A DNA stretch of 64,000 nucleotides from positions 144,088,001 to 144,152,000 of the forward strand of contig OX597817.1 of the NCBI GenBank assembly GCA_951406725.2, given 5' to 3'. This DNA is from Octopus vulgaris (lineage: Eukaryota). Below, one piece after another: positions 13,084 through 26,760 of the stretch. Numbering within the stretch: the stretch's first letter is position 1; each line of letters starts with the position of its first letter. Below the pieces are notes generated by a model. It made no database searches. It was not told the origin of the DNA and worked only from the letters and a program-made list of their open reading frames with translations. A program made the translations under genes and the position numbers.

Positions 13084-13856
13084 GAAATGAAAGCTCAATG
13101 TATTTTAGTGACTGCCAGTTTCATCTTTTGATTCTTCAGAAGCTGGCAGTCTTTGGAATATATCGGTCTTTCCAGTCCCAGAAATAAATATTCCTCTACA
13201 CACAATATTGATTTCTTTTCATATATGGCAATGTGTATACACTACTGAAACCTTTTTCATTCACTTTCTTTGTGTGTGTATATTTATATTTATATTTATA
13301 TATAGTGTTAATGTTTCTTTTTGTGCTCAGTTATATAAAAAAAGCAGTTTTACACTAACCTAAAGGGTTACTCTATACTTTTGTGGAGTACAAATTTATT
13401 CCTAAACAGGAATATTGTTGACAGTAATTTCAAAATTTTGGTCAAAATTAACTTCAATGCATCGCCGTCTGATAATGGCTTAGCTGGTTGAAATTTCAAA
13501 GTCACTGCCAATAATATTCTTGTTTAAGAATTATATAATTATACCATATGTTACATATTTATTATATCATACCTTGATACTGTGTGGACTAAAATCCCCG
13601 TTGACAGGCTGTTGGTATTTATAGAGTGTTAAACACATTTGATATGCAAATTAGGGACTCCTTCACAGAGTAACTACTGCATTTGCTGAGTATATAAACA
13701 GTTTGGCTGCTTGTTTCTCTGGAGACTGTCAGAATGATGTGGACACCTATGATGAGAACCCAATAAGGCTTGAAAACTGATTAAAGTTGTTCATTATTCT
13801 TTTCAATCTGCAGAGAAATGGCTAAAATTTGCCCTGTTTATAATTATACCATATGT

Positions 13857-13897
<41 letters not shown>

Positions 13898-15672
13898 TAG
13901 AAAAAAACCCACCTTTTATCAATTCAAAATGAACAAATTACACCATCTAGAAAATTACATATAATTTACTTAATAATCGGTATATTGTTATTTTATTTTT
14001 AATATTTCTATTATATGTCATTTTCTAGATGGTGTAATTTAATTGTTCATTTTGAATTGATAAAAGGTGGTTTTTTCTAATTTTTCTAAATATATTACAT
14101 TTTGTGAAATTTGATTTAGCATTTCTAAATTAAATTTTTCCCTATAAGTTAGGAATAATATTCCCTCAAATAATTATTATATATATATATATATATATAT
14201 ATAAATCTTTTATTTCTGTAGTGAGAAGCATTAGTGATATACTATGGATAAACATATTTCATGATCAATTAGAATTTGACATGGATGCAGCAACAATTAA
14301 AAGAAAAAAAAGTGTCTTAATAATGATCTTTGATTAGATTTTTGTTCCCTTTTTTTATAATATTGATATATTTTTGTTGCCAAATGATTGAATGAGATAG
14401 ATTAATTGATCTGCCATCGACTGATTATGTAAGGGATAAATGATTTAGCATCAAATGATTATGTGAGAGATAAACAGTTTATCAAGGGGTTACAAAATAA
14501 TCAAAGCAGCATGCAACCTCATCAAAACACAATGATTCCTGAAATAGGGTTTACTGTTGTATATTCGATTCTTTCAGGAATTTTAACAATCAGGTGTATT
14601 TCTATATTAAGTCACTTTTTTTATGGAAACGTATATTTCTTGAACTTTGTTGTCAGATGAAATAAAAATGATTTTTGTACAACACTAGTTTTTGTTTTAT
14701 TTATTTAAAAAGAAATATTTGCCTTTTGCTTTCATGTTTGTTTGTGCTTGCTGTTGATGTTTAGCCCTAGGTTGTTCCTGTTTGAGCAGACATGATCAAA
14801 GGTGTTCCAGTTGTAACCATCCTCTCTTTTTGCACACAAACTCTTACCTGTCCTTGTAATGTCACGTTCCTCTTCAGTTGCCCTTGTGACAAATTATTAT
14901 TATTCCATGCTAGCATGGAAAGCAGACGTTAAACGACGATGATGTAGTGAGCTGGGAGAAAATGCTTAGTGGTGTTGCGTCTATCTTTATGTTCTGAGTT
15001 CAAATTTCATCAAGGTAGACTTCGCCTTTCATCCTTTCAGGGTCGATAAAATAAGTACCATTTGAATGCTGGGGTCGATGTAATCGACCTATCCACTTCC
15101 TTAAAATTACTGGCCTTGTCCCAAAATTTGAAATCGGTTCTTTTAATATTTATTGCTGAGAAGGCAGAACCATTACCATGCCAGCAAAATGCTTCATGGC
15201 ATTTTCTGTCTTTCCATTCTGTGTTCAAATTCCGCCAAGGTTGTGTTTGCCTTTCATCCTTTCAGGGTCAATAAAATAAGTACCAGCTATACACTGGAGT
15301 TGATACTATTGACTGGGTTCTCCCACCAAATTTCCAACCTTGTGCCTTTAGTAGAAAAATTATTGTTGTTATTATTGGCAGCAAGCTGGCAGAATTGTTA
15401 GCATGCCGGACAAAATACGTAGCAGGATTTTGTCTGTCTTTATGTTCTGAGTTCAAATGCTGCCAAGGTCAACTTTGCCTTTCATCCTTTTTGGGGTTGA
15501 TAATATTATTGACAGCGATTTCGAAGTTTTGGCCACGATTAACTTCAATGCATCGCAATCAAATTCTATACTTTTGTTGAGCAGAAATTTATTCTTAAAC
15601 AGGTATATTATTGACAGTACCAGTTGAGCACGGGGATTGAAATTGCTGACCTTGTGCCAAGATTTGAAACCA

Positions 15673-16035
15673 TTATTACCTCCACCTTACCGAAGGCAGA
15701 AGTATTGTTTCCAGTCATGTTAGTTTGTTTGTTTGTTTGTCCGTGGACAAGATCTCAAGAAGCACTGGATGGATTTGGATGAAACTTTCAGGGATGTTTG
15801 GCCTCATGCCTGGCACAAATTGATTAGATTTTGGGATTGATCCAGTACTGGACAAGGATTCTGGATTATTTTTCTGTTTTTTTTTTTTTAATTCGTTTTT
15901 GAGAGTGGTCGGTTTCATTTTTAGTATTCTCATTTGTGAGAGCAGTTGAGTTTATTTCAGATATTCTCATTTTAAAAACCATCTCTGGCTAATTGTTGAA
16001 ATGTCATTGGTGTTGTCTTGGAGGTTTGTGCTCTT
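15673..16035 (+). mobile_element. Helentron-associated non-autonomous element (HINE/DINE-1-like)
   Basis: ttattacctcc...gaaggc start, (GTTT)n tract, ggatttggatgaaacttt core, and ggaggtttgtgctct subterminal inverted end. Confidence 0.55.
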
Positions 16036-17139
16036 GTTATCATGCTTATTCTATTGGCCTCTTTTGCCGAACCGTTAAGTTATGGGTATGTAAACACACC
16101 AGCATCATGAGAATTATGGTTGCTGTCTGGACCAATCAGATTCTTGTATTTATATATTGTTAAACTCAGCCCATAGTGAATCATGTGACTGCTGTCTGGA
16201 CCAGTCAAAGTGACGTATTTACATATTTGTTGGTAAAGTGAGCCAATGAGAGTCATACATCTTGGCTACAAACACAGCCCTGTTTATGATTAACTTTGCA
16301 CTAACAACTCTTTTCAATTTGTTGTTTTGTGGTTCAAAGCCAATCCTGATTGAATTGACCTCAGGTCGAAGGCGTTTTAGTCTCAGCAGTTCCGTTATTT
16401 TTCTGTGCACTCCAGACTATATCATCCACTTGAGTGTTCATTTTTTTAAAGAGTAGAGTGTGGCTTGAAAGAAATTTGGCTGTTATTTCTAGAAGGTCAA
16501 TTGACCATGTAGAAGCTCTTTCGTTTACTTGTCTCTTCAAATTTGGTCAATAGATAAAGCTGTTTAATGGACATACAACCAACAAAAGTTTAGAAATCTA
16601 ATTTTAAATTATACATACTCCCCGCCACAAGCATGGGTCACAAATATTATTGGAGGAGCGATACAGAGACTCATCCAAAACATGGCAGCATAGAAAAACA
16701 TGGGAAAAGTTCATGATGATGATGATGGTGGTGGTGGTGGCGCTGCTGTTATTGATGATGATGATAATGATGGTGACGTAGCTATGTTTGAAATCAATAT
16801 TTCTTTCCCGGCTGCAACAGCTAATAAACTGTAGATTCTGCAGCAAAACATTTAATAAATAAACGGCACTCAGCGATTCCTTTGTAAGCATCGTTATTGT
16901 TCGGGATGACGATAAATCTATCTCATGGCGTTCAAACATCACAAAATATTATATATTAGCATTTAATAACTAATAAATATCATGGTGGTATTGGATATTT
17001 GAAACTAATGAGATTTCCGTGCATTCTCTATATCAACAACTAGTGTGTGTATGTATACACGCACACACACACGTATGAATATATATGTGTGCGCATGCGC
17101 ATATCAACAGTTTTGTATAACTACATATACAAACAAACC

Positions 17140-17640
17140 GGTAAAGATGGTAGATCTGATAGTTTCCTGGAAAGCAAACATCAAGGAGGCTTTCCTCGGG
17201 AAAGAGAAGAAATACTGTGATTTGGTTAAACTGCGTGAAAACAATGGATGGAAGGCTATATGTATTCCTGAAGAGATTGATGCTACAGGATTTGTTGGAA
17301 CCGGTGTTCACTCGATGCTCACGAGTTTTGAAATAACTGCAAAGCAGAGAAAAGAGTTTCCATAAAACTGTTGGAAGCCATTGAGAAATCAAACCATTAG
17401 ATCTGGCTGAACAGAAAAAGAGATAGAGAGCGAGAGGAAGAGAGGGAGGCCGAGTGGTGTAGCGAGAACAAGCATTGAGGATGGTAGAAACATCTGGCCT
17501 AGAGCCACAATATCTGACTCACCAAAGCTCGTACAGCTGAGCAGGTATTTTATCATATGTAACTGTGGATGCTTGTGGACAGCTCTGGTGCTGCAGTGAA
17601 AGAGGCTGAAACAACTACAGAGCTGCGGAAGATGGAATAT
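17140..17640 (+). mobile_element. Degenerate 3' fragment of an RLE-endonuclease non-LTR retrotransposon (HERO-like)
   Basis: DLIVSWKANIKEAFLGKEKKYCDLVKLRENNGWKAICIPEEIDATGFVG resembles the ELTVPWE..A..RK..KY..L......GW.....VEVG.RGF restriction-like endonuclease motif. Confidence 0.6.
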
Positions 17641-18056
17641 ACGAGAATTTATTATTAATCACAGTTCAGATACCCGTGCCGGTGACATGTCAAAAGCACC
17701 GTCTGAACGTGGCAGATGCCAACGCCGCCTGACTGGCGTTCGTGTCGATGATACGTAAAAGCACCAACCGATCGTGGCCGTTTGCCATCCTCCTCTGGCC
17801 CCTGTGCCGGTGGCACGTAAAAAACACCCACTACACTCTTGGAGTGGTTGGCGTTAGGAAGGGCATCCAGCTACAGAAACACTGCCAGATCAGACTGGAG
17901 CCTGGTGCAGCCTCCTGACTTCCCAGACCCCGGTCGAACCGTCCAACCCATGCTAGCATGGAAAATAGACGTTAAAGATGATGATGATGATGATGACAAT
18001 TGTTTCGACACAAATAGCATCGATTCCTCATGGGACACTCAAAACACACACACACA

Positions 18057-18545
18057 CAGGTTGGACAAAATAATAGAAACAACTTAAAATTTCAAACAAA
18101 TTTATTTTAATATGGGGTAGGACCGCCTTTGGCAGTAACTACAGCTTGAATTCTAAGAGGTATGGAATCGTACAGAGTTTGAATTGTTTCCAAAGGAATT
18201 TTTGTCCATTCTTCAGCTAAAACAGCCTCCAGTTCTTGTAGTGATGGTGGTGGAGGATATCGACTCCTTACTTGTTTTTCTAAAATGCACCATAAATGTT
18301 CAATAATTTTGATATCTGGGCACTGTGGTGGTCAGATAAGATGTTCAACTTCATTAGAATGTTCCTCATGCCATTCAGTTGCAACTTTAGCTGTGTGAAT
18401 TGGTGCATTATCATCCTGAAAGATTGCGTTTCCCTCCGGAAACAGTTCTGCAACCATAAGATGAATTTGATCAGATAAAATGCTTAAATAGTCTTGACTA
18501 TTAATTTTGCCATGAAGGGAAACCAGCAGATTTCCAAGATATAGC
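18057..18545 (-). mobile_element. Tc1-like transposon, 3' fragment
   Basis: The minus strand gives IFQDDNAPIHTAK...IEHLW...RIQAVVTAKGGPTPY*. TIR-like caggttggacaaaataatagaaaca at 18057. Truncated where the mariner begins. Confidence 0.8.
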
Positions 18546-18562
18546 ACGCCCCCCCCCCCCGA

Positions 18563-19841
18563 CGATGGAGTGTTTATTAAAGATTTCTTCTGACCTACTT
18601 CCCAAAGACTGGGATAAATGAAACTTGACATAATTATTTCTCCTTCTCTACATAGCCGCCACCAATGGTGACACACATCACCCATCGCTTTATGCAGCTG
18701 TGAAGACCTCATCTGTAGAAGTCGGTAGGTTGCGTCTTGAGCCAAGACTTTACCTCGGAAATAAGTTCATCATCATCCGAAAAGTGCTTCGACTTCATGG
18801 TTGGAAAGAGATGAAAGTCAGGTGGTGCGAGGTCGAGGAGAGTAAGCTGGATGAGGAATGATTTCATAGCTGCAGGTATGTACTTTCATTTGGGCAACAT
18901 ATGCATTGTGAACTGGGGATATTGTCTTGGAAGAGGCAGACTCCTTTGGTCAGCATGCCACGCCTTTCTGCTTTGATGGTGTCCTGCAGTTTCTGCAGCA
19001 GGGAAACATAATATGCTCCGTTGGTTGTTGTTCCCTTTGCCAGAAAATCCATCATCACTACTCCGTGCTGTTCCCAAAAGACTGTGAACATCACCTTGTC
19101 TGCTAAGGGTTGGACGCGAGCCTTCTTTGGAGGTGGTAAGTTATCATGCTACCATTGCTTCGACTGAACTTTAATCTCAGGATCTTAGTGATGGAGTCAT
19201 GCTTCATCCTGTGTGATGTGTCTGCTGAAAAAGTCCTCCCCGTTTTCTTGGAACATTGCCAAAAGAGCCTGGGAGCAATTGACTCGTTTCTGCTTCTGAA
19301 AAGGTGTGAGCATCCGGGGAATCCATCGTGCAGACAATTTCCGCATGTGCAAATGGTAGTGAATGATTTTTTTCCACGGATCCTACACTTATCTTCACTT
19401 CTTGGGCAAGTTGCCGAATAGTTATGCGGCGATCCTACAAAATGGTGGCTCCACTTCATGGATGGTGTCGTCATCAATGGAGGAATGTGGTCGTCCTGGA
19501 ATAGGAGCAGTTTCCACCGATGTCTGACCACATTGGAACTGGCGATGCCAGTGCTTGACTACGTCGTAGGATGGTGCATCGTCACCATAAACTTCTTCCA
19601 TCTCATCGAAAGTCTCTTTTGATGTGCGAACTTTCAAGTACAGGAACCTGATCACTGATCTGCGTTCAACTGCCTCTATTATAACACCTTAGTCCACTTC
19701 AACATCCGTAAAAGACAAACAAACACTAGTGGAAAGCTGCAATTTACAATGCGACATGTAGAGACATGTATGATTACACAAGTTCCGTTTCCTGCAATAA
19801 CCGGAAGGTAGTCAGGGGAAATCTTTAATGAACACCTCTCG
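18563..19841 (-). mobile_element. Full-length decayed mariner element (about 1.28 kb), transposase pseudogene about 18634-19679
   Basis: TIRs cgatggagtgtttattaaagatttcttctgac / gtcaggggaaatctttaatgaacacctctcg. Frames give VIRFLYLK..VYGDDAPSYDVVKHWHRQF..GRP, TVFWEQHGVV, a decayed YSPDLAP region and GGYVEKEK*, with multiple frameshifts. Confidence 0.88.
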
Positions 19842-19843
19842 TG

Positions 19844-19875
<32 letters not shown>

Positions 19876-19903
19876 TGTATGTATGTATGTATGTATGTAT
19901 GTA

Positions 19904-19972
<69 letters not shown>

Positions 19973-20684
19973 CAGAGTTAGCGGATATAGTAACCGACTA
20001 AGGGATAAAATATCCGTATGTACTATCAGTATCAGTTACCCGTATTATCCCCGGGTATTGGTGTGCAGGCACACCATGCACGTAGAGTGCAGATAACAAT
20101 CGGATAAACAAGAGTTTATCAGGAACCAATGCAAGTAATTAGGAAATGGAGAAAACCACAGATTAACAAACACATCGATTGGACCACGTTTATAGCTTAT
20201 TTTTCAATACAAAGTATGGCATAACAAAAAAGGTGACGCAACATATCTTACAGCCGTTACAGATCGGTTACCAGCATGCAGTCTATAAATAAATACGAGA
20301 ATAAAGTTCTTCATCTTCGTAGGGCATTCGAATCAAGGCAACGGATCTTCATCAGAGTAAAAAAAAAAAAAAAAAGTATACAATATAAACAACAGCAAGA
20401 AAGAAAAGGAAAGAAGACATGGCTTAGATAAATAATCTAGAAGCTCAATATGTTAAGGGGCTACAGGGTCCGTAGGTAAAAGAGTGAGCTAGTAATGTTC
20501 TAGGGAATACTACAATTTATTAACGGGTAGGTGCAATTTGAAGGGTGGGGTCAGAAAGTTTAAAACAGAAGTTATCAAGAAACTATACATAAGGAAAATA
20601 CTAACATGATTATCAAAAGGCAGTACCTATGCTAACCGTGTATGTATATATATATATATATATATATCTATATATCTATATCTG

Positions 20685-21370
20685 TGTATATTTAAAAGGC
20701 AAAACCACTAGGTGGTCGGTCGTATGCTAGAAGTAGATCACCTACGATCAAACTACAAAGAAAAGAATGTTCTCTAGAGGAAAATTCAGCGGACACCAGA
20801 ACAATTTGGCGGGCAAGACAGATAAAAATTATATAAAAAACCAGAATTACTCACAGACCGGCGGTTTCGTCTATTAACAAATAAATCACTTATATAATCC
20901 AATTGTCCGTAGACTCGTCAGTCTGATCGTTCCACAGTTAATGTAATATGTAAAACTAACCATCAGTTTTCCGTATAAAAACAGACACGTGTTTAGTTTC
21001 ACCGATTACATTGGGATTAATTTCAAATGTCTTAGTTCTGGCGCGCTAAAATTCCGGAAGCAAAGTCTGCGGTAAATAATTTACTGCAGTTAATGCTGCC
21101 TATTAGAGAACATATTTATTTTAACATATAAATAATGAGGGAGATAAATTTAATACTAATTTAATTAATATCAATTTAAAACCAGTAGCCTAGCATACAA
21201 AAATCTGAAAAATCAGAAAATTCTACTACATTTGTATATTTAAAGGGCAAAACCACTAGGTGGTCGGCTGTATGCTAGAAGTAGATCACCTACGATCAAA
21301 CTACAAAGAAAACATTCTTTTCTTTGTAGTTTGATCGTAGGTAATCTACTTCTAGCATACGGCCGACCAC
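20685..21370 (-). mobile_element. Penelope-type partial tandem plus inverted pseudo-LTR structure carrying a hammerhead-like motif
   Basis: About 80 bp direct repeat (20685-20763 and 21233-21312), an immediate inversion (21261-21312 vs 21317-21370), and a hammerhead core on the minus strand at 20851-20926. Bounded by (TA)n. Confidence 0.6.
20851..20926 (-). ncRNA. Type I hammerhead-like ribozyme motif
   Basis: Minus strand: tcaga-CTGACGA-gtcta...tagac-GAAA-ccgccgg-TC-tgtga. Stem II has 5 bp and stem I pairs 4 of 5. Confidence 0.6.
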
Positions 21371-21495
21371 TGATCCTCCAGAAACAGCTGTTGGATTTGT
21401 AATACTTTTCTTCAAACCCTTTAATTCTCTATATCATTTGTATTCTGTGTAAATGAGACCATTTTGTGAGTATACGTATATATATATATATATAT

Positions 21496-21571
21496 ATATC
21501 AACAATTGAGGGTAAAATTAATTAATTAATCAATTGATTAATTAATTAATTTTACCCTCAATTGTTGATAT
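21496..21571. repeat. Perfect 76-bp palindrome with no spacer
   Basis: atatcaacaattgagggtaaaattaattaattaatcaa followed directly by its exact reverse complement, adjacent to (TA)n. Confidence 0.95.
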
Positions 21572-21788
21572 TATAATTCATATCTCTCGGTCATACTGCC
21601 TCGGTTCTCGCGGTTAAAATATAATGTTTGCTAGATAGACCACGTGGGTGGAATGGGGAGTGCAGAATTTTACGCCTGCGCATTTTGAATTTGTTGACAC
21701 TGTTAGTTGGAGTGGTTCATCTGAAGCGACAAGTCGCTGATAGGTAAAGTTCCTTCTTTTTAGTGTTTCCAAATCCAAATTAAGAAAT

Positions 21789-21851
21789 TTTGAGCTGACG
21801 AAAGAAATGCTGATTTTATTTGGCTAATCTTGAAACGTTGACGTACTCAAA
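21789..21851 (+). ncRNA. Type I hammerhead ribozyme (complete fold)
   Basis: tttgag-CTGACGA-aaga...tctt-GAAA-cgttgacg-TA-ctcaaa: stem I 6 of 6 bp, stem II 4 bp, short near-palindromic stem III, GUA cleavage triplet. Confidence 0.75.
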
Positions 21852-22032
21852 CGATCTATGTACTTGTGATATTTTTCTGTATTTACCCCCAAACCTTCGT
21901 GAGCTGTCTAAAGTAAACATTATCTGAGAGAAATTTTCTTTAAGTAGTAGAAATGCTAAGAAAATTTTTTTTGGCTGCTATTTCTACTAAGTTCAGTATG
22001 TGGCAAAGTAATTTATTTTACTAAGCCCTAAT

Positions 22033-22083
<51 letters not shown>

Positions 22084-22274
22084 TTTTGTATTTCATGTAT
22101 GTAAGCATAATATACATTTTTTGTAGTTCATGTATTTAATATATTTTACATATTGATCTGTTTAACTTGTTTATCGCTACATTTATTTCTATACCCGCTC
22201 AAGTTTAAATCTCTTAAGCACTATTAAGTGTATTCTATGCGGAGACTATCTAATTCTCATCTAAGAACTATATG

Positions 22275-22320
<46 letters not shown>

Positions 22321-22321
<1 letters not shown>

Positions 22322-23050
22322 CGTGACTTGAATGGCACAACTATGCAGAGTGGACTATAATAACTGTTATAATTTAATTATCCATAGTCTGATATAATAA
22401 TAATATTTCGGAATATATAAATTCCTTCTTCAGATATCGCTAGAAATTGATCGAGTCACTACAATAATCGGTTTTCCAACAGTTAATGAATTTTTTCTCC
22501 CGGAAGAGTCTCTGCAGTGGTATCATGAAGCTCCTTCCGGAATTCCTCATGAGAAGTGCGTGAGGACGGCCATGTCTCAAACTTCGTGTGTGTTGGCACA
22601 TCCGTAGCGCTGCTTCTAAGTTATGTATTATACGTGCAGTTTCTTTTCTTCCTTCCTTCCTTCCTTCCTTCCTTCCTTTCTCCCTGCCTTTCTTTTTTTC
22701 TTTCTTTCTCTCTTTCCTTCTTTCTTTCTTTTTTTTTTAATAAATAATACATGAGCATGCTATCAAAAACGAACTTACACGCATCCAGATGTAGCTAAAT
22801 AATATATTGATTACCAACCTCCAGCCTGTTGTTAATTTGGGGTCTTAGTCTGTCTATGAAGATAGCTTCCTTAATTCTTAAATTGACCAAATTTCTTTCA
22901 TTGGCCTCAATTGTAACTGTTATGCTTTTGTCTGTGTTCCAGCATCTGTCTAGATGTTTTCTGAAGGAGGAGGCTCTCGTGTTCAGATGTTCTTTGATGC
23001 GAAAGTGTAACGGTCTTTTTGTGTTACCTACATAGAAAGGTATGCATTTT
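22321..23050 (-). mobile_element. Penelope-like element 3' fragment: GIY-YIG C-terminal half (22795-23049), 3' UTR and hammerhead-like core
   Basis: The minus strand reads KCIPFYVGNTKRPLHFRIKEHLNTRASSFRKHLDRC...NLRIKEAIFIDRLRPQINNRLEV..* (no ATG, so absent from the ORF track). CTGAAGA-aggaat-ttatat-attcc-GAAA at about 22391-22438. Ends in (TA)n at 22320. Confidence 0.75.
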
Positions 23051-23831
23051 CTTTACGTCTGTAATATTAATATTTAGGAAAATTTTGATGCATGTGATGA
23101 TGACGATGATGACGATGACGATGACGATGACGACAATGATGATAACAATTATGAGACAATGAGAACAGGCAGAAGACAATTGGTAAGATATTAAAAAAAA
23201 AACAACTTTACTCTCAATTCCTGGTTGCAGTCAATTATAATTTCCCAAATAAACATACAAGTCACGCATACACAAACGCACATACACAAACACACACACA
23301 AACACACACACACACAGGCACGCACACATATACGCACGTATTCATACAGGCACACAAACATTCACACCCAAACAGGTGTTTTGCTTCTAAGGTACTAAGA
23401 ATAAATTCAATTAGTTAGCTAACGACAAGGAAACGTCTGGAATGCATTAAACCAGCCGCAGTAGTACCGCCAGCACTAGTAATAACAACAACAACAACAA
23501 CTGTGTCTGTGTGTGTGTGTGTGTATGTGCCAGTGGCAAAATCATTTACACGCCGGACGAAATGCTGCCAAGCATTTCGTCCGTTTTAACGTTCTGAGCT
23601 CAAATCACGCCGGGGTTCACTTTACTTTTCATCCTTTTGGGGTCGATAAAAAAAGTAGTAGTTGAACACTAGGTAACACTTGGGGAAGATTACACCTTTC
23701 CCCCAAACTGCTTGCCTTGTGCCAATATTAGAAACCTATATTTCGAATGCACGTTTCAAGTGGTTACCTTAACAAGTTCTTACGCAGATATGATTTCTTT
23801 GCAGTCAATACACGCATATATATATATATAT

Positions 23832-24086
23832 ATAATAAATCTCTGAGCGAGGTATAAACAGTAGCTGCACGACATCGTGAAGTGTATTTGCCACTTAAAT
23901 GTGGTTAACCCTTAAGGGTAGATGCTACTGTAGCTTGAAGCCCCAGGAGGACACCTCCTCCAGCTGGCTATTGACACACTTTCTGTGCCCTATCAGTATT
24001 TGCAAAGGGAGGCCATCCTTCCAATCTTCAACCTGTAGGATACACACGGACTCGAGTTTCCGGTTATTGACCCGTCATCAGCGTGT

Positions 24087-24088
<2 letters not shown>
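23832..24088 (-). mobile_element. Short non-coding hammerhead-bearing element flanked by (TA)n on both sides
   Basis: Same family as 6607-6921. A complete hammerhead sits at its minus-strand 5' end. Confidence 0.7.
24043..24087 (-). ncRNA. Minimal type I hammerhead ribozyme with palindromic stem III
   Basis: Minus strand: cacacg-CTGATGA-cgggtcaataaccg-GAAA-ctcgag-TC-cgtgtg. Stem I 6 of 6 bp, canonical core, CTCGAG palindrome, GUC triplet. Confidence 0.85.
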
Positions 24089-24120
<32 letters not shown>

Positions 24121-24125
<5 letters not shown>

Positions 24126-24362
24126 TAATCCAAACAAGAAAGCACAAAAAAACACAACAACGCGAGGACGCGGAACAAATATAGTATTATTGGACGCTTA
24201 GGAAAGAAGGAAAGAAGGAGGGTTTAACGTTTCGAGCGGAGCACTTCGTCGGAAACATAGGAGAAGGAAAGATCCAGAGAAGGAAAGATCCAGAGAAGGG
24301 AAGACAGAGGAAGAAAAATCGGCAACGGTACATACGAGGTCACATTTTGAAAAACCGGAAGG

Positions 24363-24364
<2 letters not shown>
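24121..24364 (-). mobile_element. Isolated 3' terminus of the PLE family at 44603-49350, with hammerhead variant at 24222-24256
   Basis: ttaatccaaac...aacaac...agtattatt...gacgct.aggaaa...acgtttcgagcggagc.cttcgtcggaaacata aligns with 44605-44790. Flanked by (TA)n on both sides. Confidence 0.75.
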
Positions 24365-24407
<43 letters not shown>

Positions 24408-25144
24408 TATACCCTTGTGTTCACCTTATACTAGGTATGTATCTAAATTTTGAACGACTCTTACTCTATCTTTTATTCCCCCCTCTTATTTTCTCCCTTT
24501 TTCTCGCTCCCCTTCTCTCATATTTCTTGGCCCTCTCGTTCTTTAACTCCCACTATTTCCCACTCGTTTATCTCCCCTGTACCTTTCTTTTTGTCTCTGA
24601 TTTTTTTCTAATCCTTCAATCCCGCTGCCCCCTACCCTTCTCTCCGCCGTCCACGTGACCGGTGTCCGGCCAGTCATGATCATTCTTTCTTGGCCTGACT
24701 GCCGACCGCCAACACCTCTTATGTCCCTCTCATATGTTCCTGCCTTTCGGCTTTCACCTCATACATACCAGCTCAATTTGATTCGTTCTCAGTCGAAAGA
24801 CACCTGTTGCTATTTTTATTTTCTTGATGTTTGTATTCGTAATTGTGTACCATGTTCTCCGTTTTTTCTTTGTTTTTTTTGTCTTTGTTACCATACACAT
24901 TCGCTAGTTTTCTTACAAAGGGGTCTAATGCTCTTAGGTTAGACTTTGGGGTGGGGTGCAACCAGATCAAACCATTTCAAGTGTAACTGCCCGAAATGGT
25001 CATGACTTCTGGTACTTGACTGAGGAAAGAAAGCCACGAATGACGAGTCTTTTTTTGCCTGTCCTTCTAATTGTGGTTTCTCTTGTCAGCCTTTGTATCG
25101 TCCATCTGTCCGAATGTTTTAACGCCATCTATTGTGTTTTTGTT

Positions 25145-26090
<946 letters not shown>

Positions 26091-26110
26091 TATATATGTA
26101 TATGTATATA

Positions 26111-26189
<79 letters not shown>

Positions 26190-26246
26190 GCACACCACAC
26201 ACACACACACACACACACACCACACACACATATACATATATCGGTT

Positions 26247-26760
26247 GATATGATTTTGATTTGATTTTGATTTTTCCAGTTTCAGCTAATGAGCTGTGGC
26301 CATGCTGGGGCACCGCCATTTGGTTTGCTACACGATTTTACCTCACGGATGCTTTTTAGCAAACGCCATCTGATGCATGAGAGAGTTCGATGCAGCTGCC
26401 CTCATCTGCACCTCCTGCCGTGAAGTTGGTTCATCCGGGACACCTGACAGGAAGAGATCCAGTCCTACTTTAAAGACATCCACATCTACACCATGCAGGT
26501 TCCTCAGGTTCTTCGGGAGGATATTGAAGAGCCGTGGGCCTCTGAAGCCCAGGCTATCACAATATCTTGTCCTACATCTTGATGGCAAATTTGGAGTCCT
26601 TGGTACTACGCAGTGGCGTCCGGTTTTGGCATTTGTGTGACTCTCGATGCCAAAGTCTGGGACAAGACCTTCCAGGATCTTCCAGATATATATTATGGCA
26701 TATCTTTCTCGCCTACGCTCCAGGGAATAGAGCTTTAATCTCTTGAGTCTTTCCCATATA
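26247..26760 (-). mobile_element. 5'-truncated CR1/L2-group LINE (ORF2 C-terminus, 3' UTR, short-repeat tail)
   Basis: WERLKRLKLYSLERRRERYAIIYIWKILEGLVP...GPRLFNILP...FKVGLDLFL; 3' end ggcggtgccccagcatggccacagctcattagctgaaact followed by (caaaat)n. Confidence 0.85.

Noticed and set aside
13741-13790. Hammerhead-like remnants here, at 28566-28610(-), 30085-30115(-) and 21370-21395
   Set aside because: Core or stems are too degenerate or incomplete to call individually.
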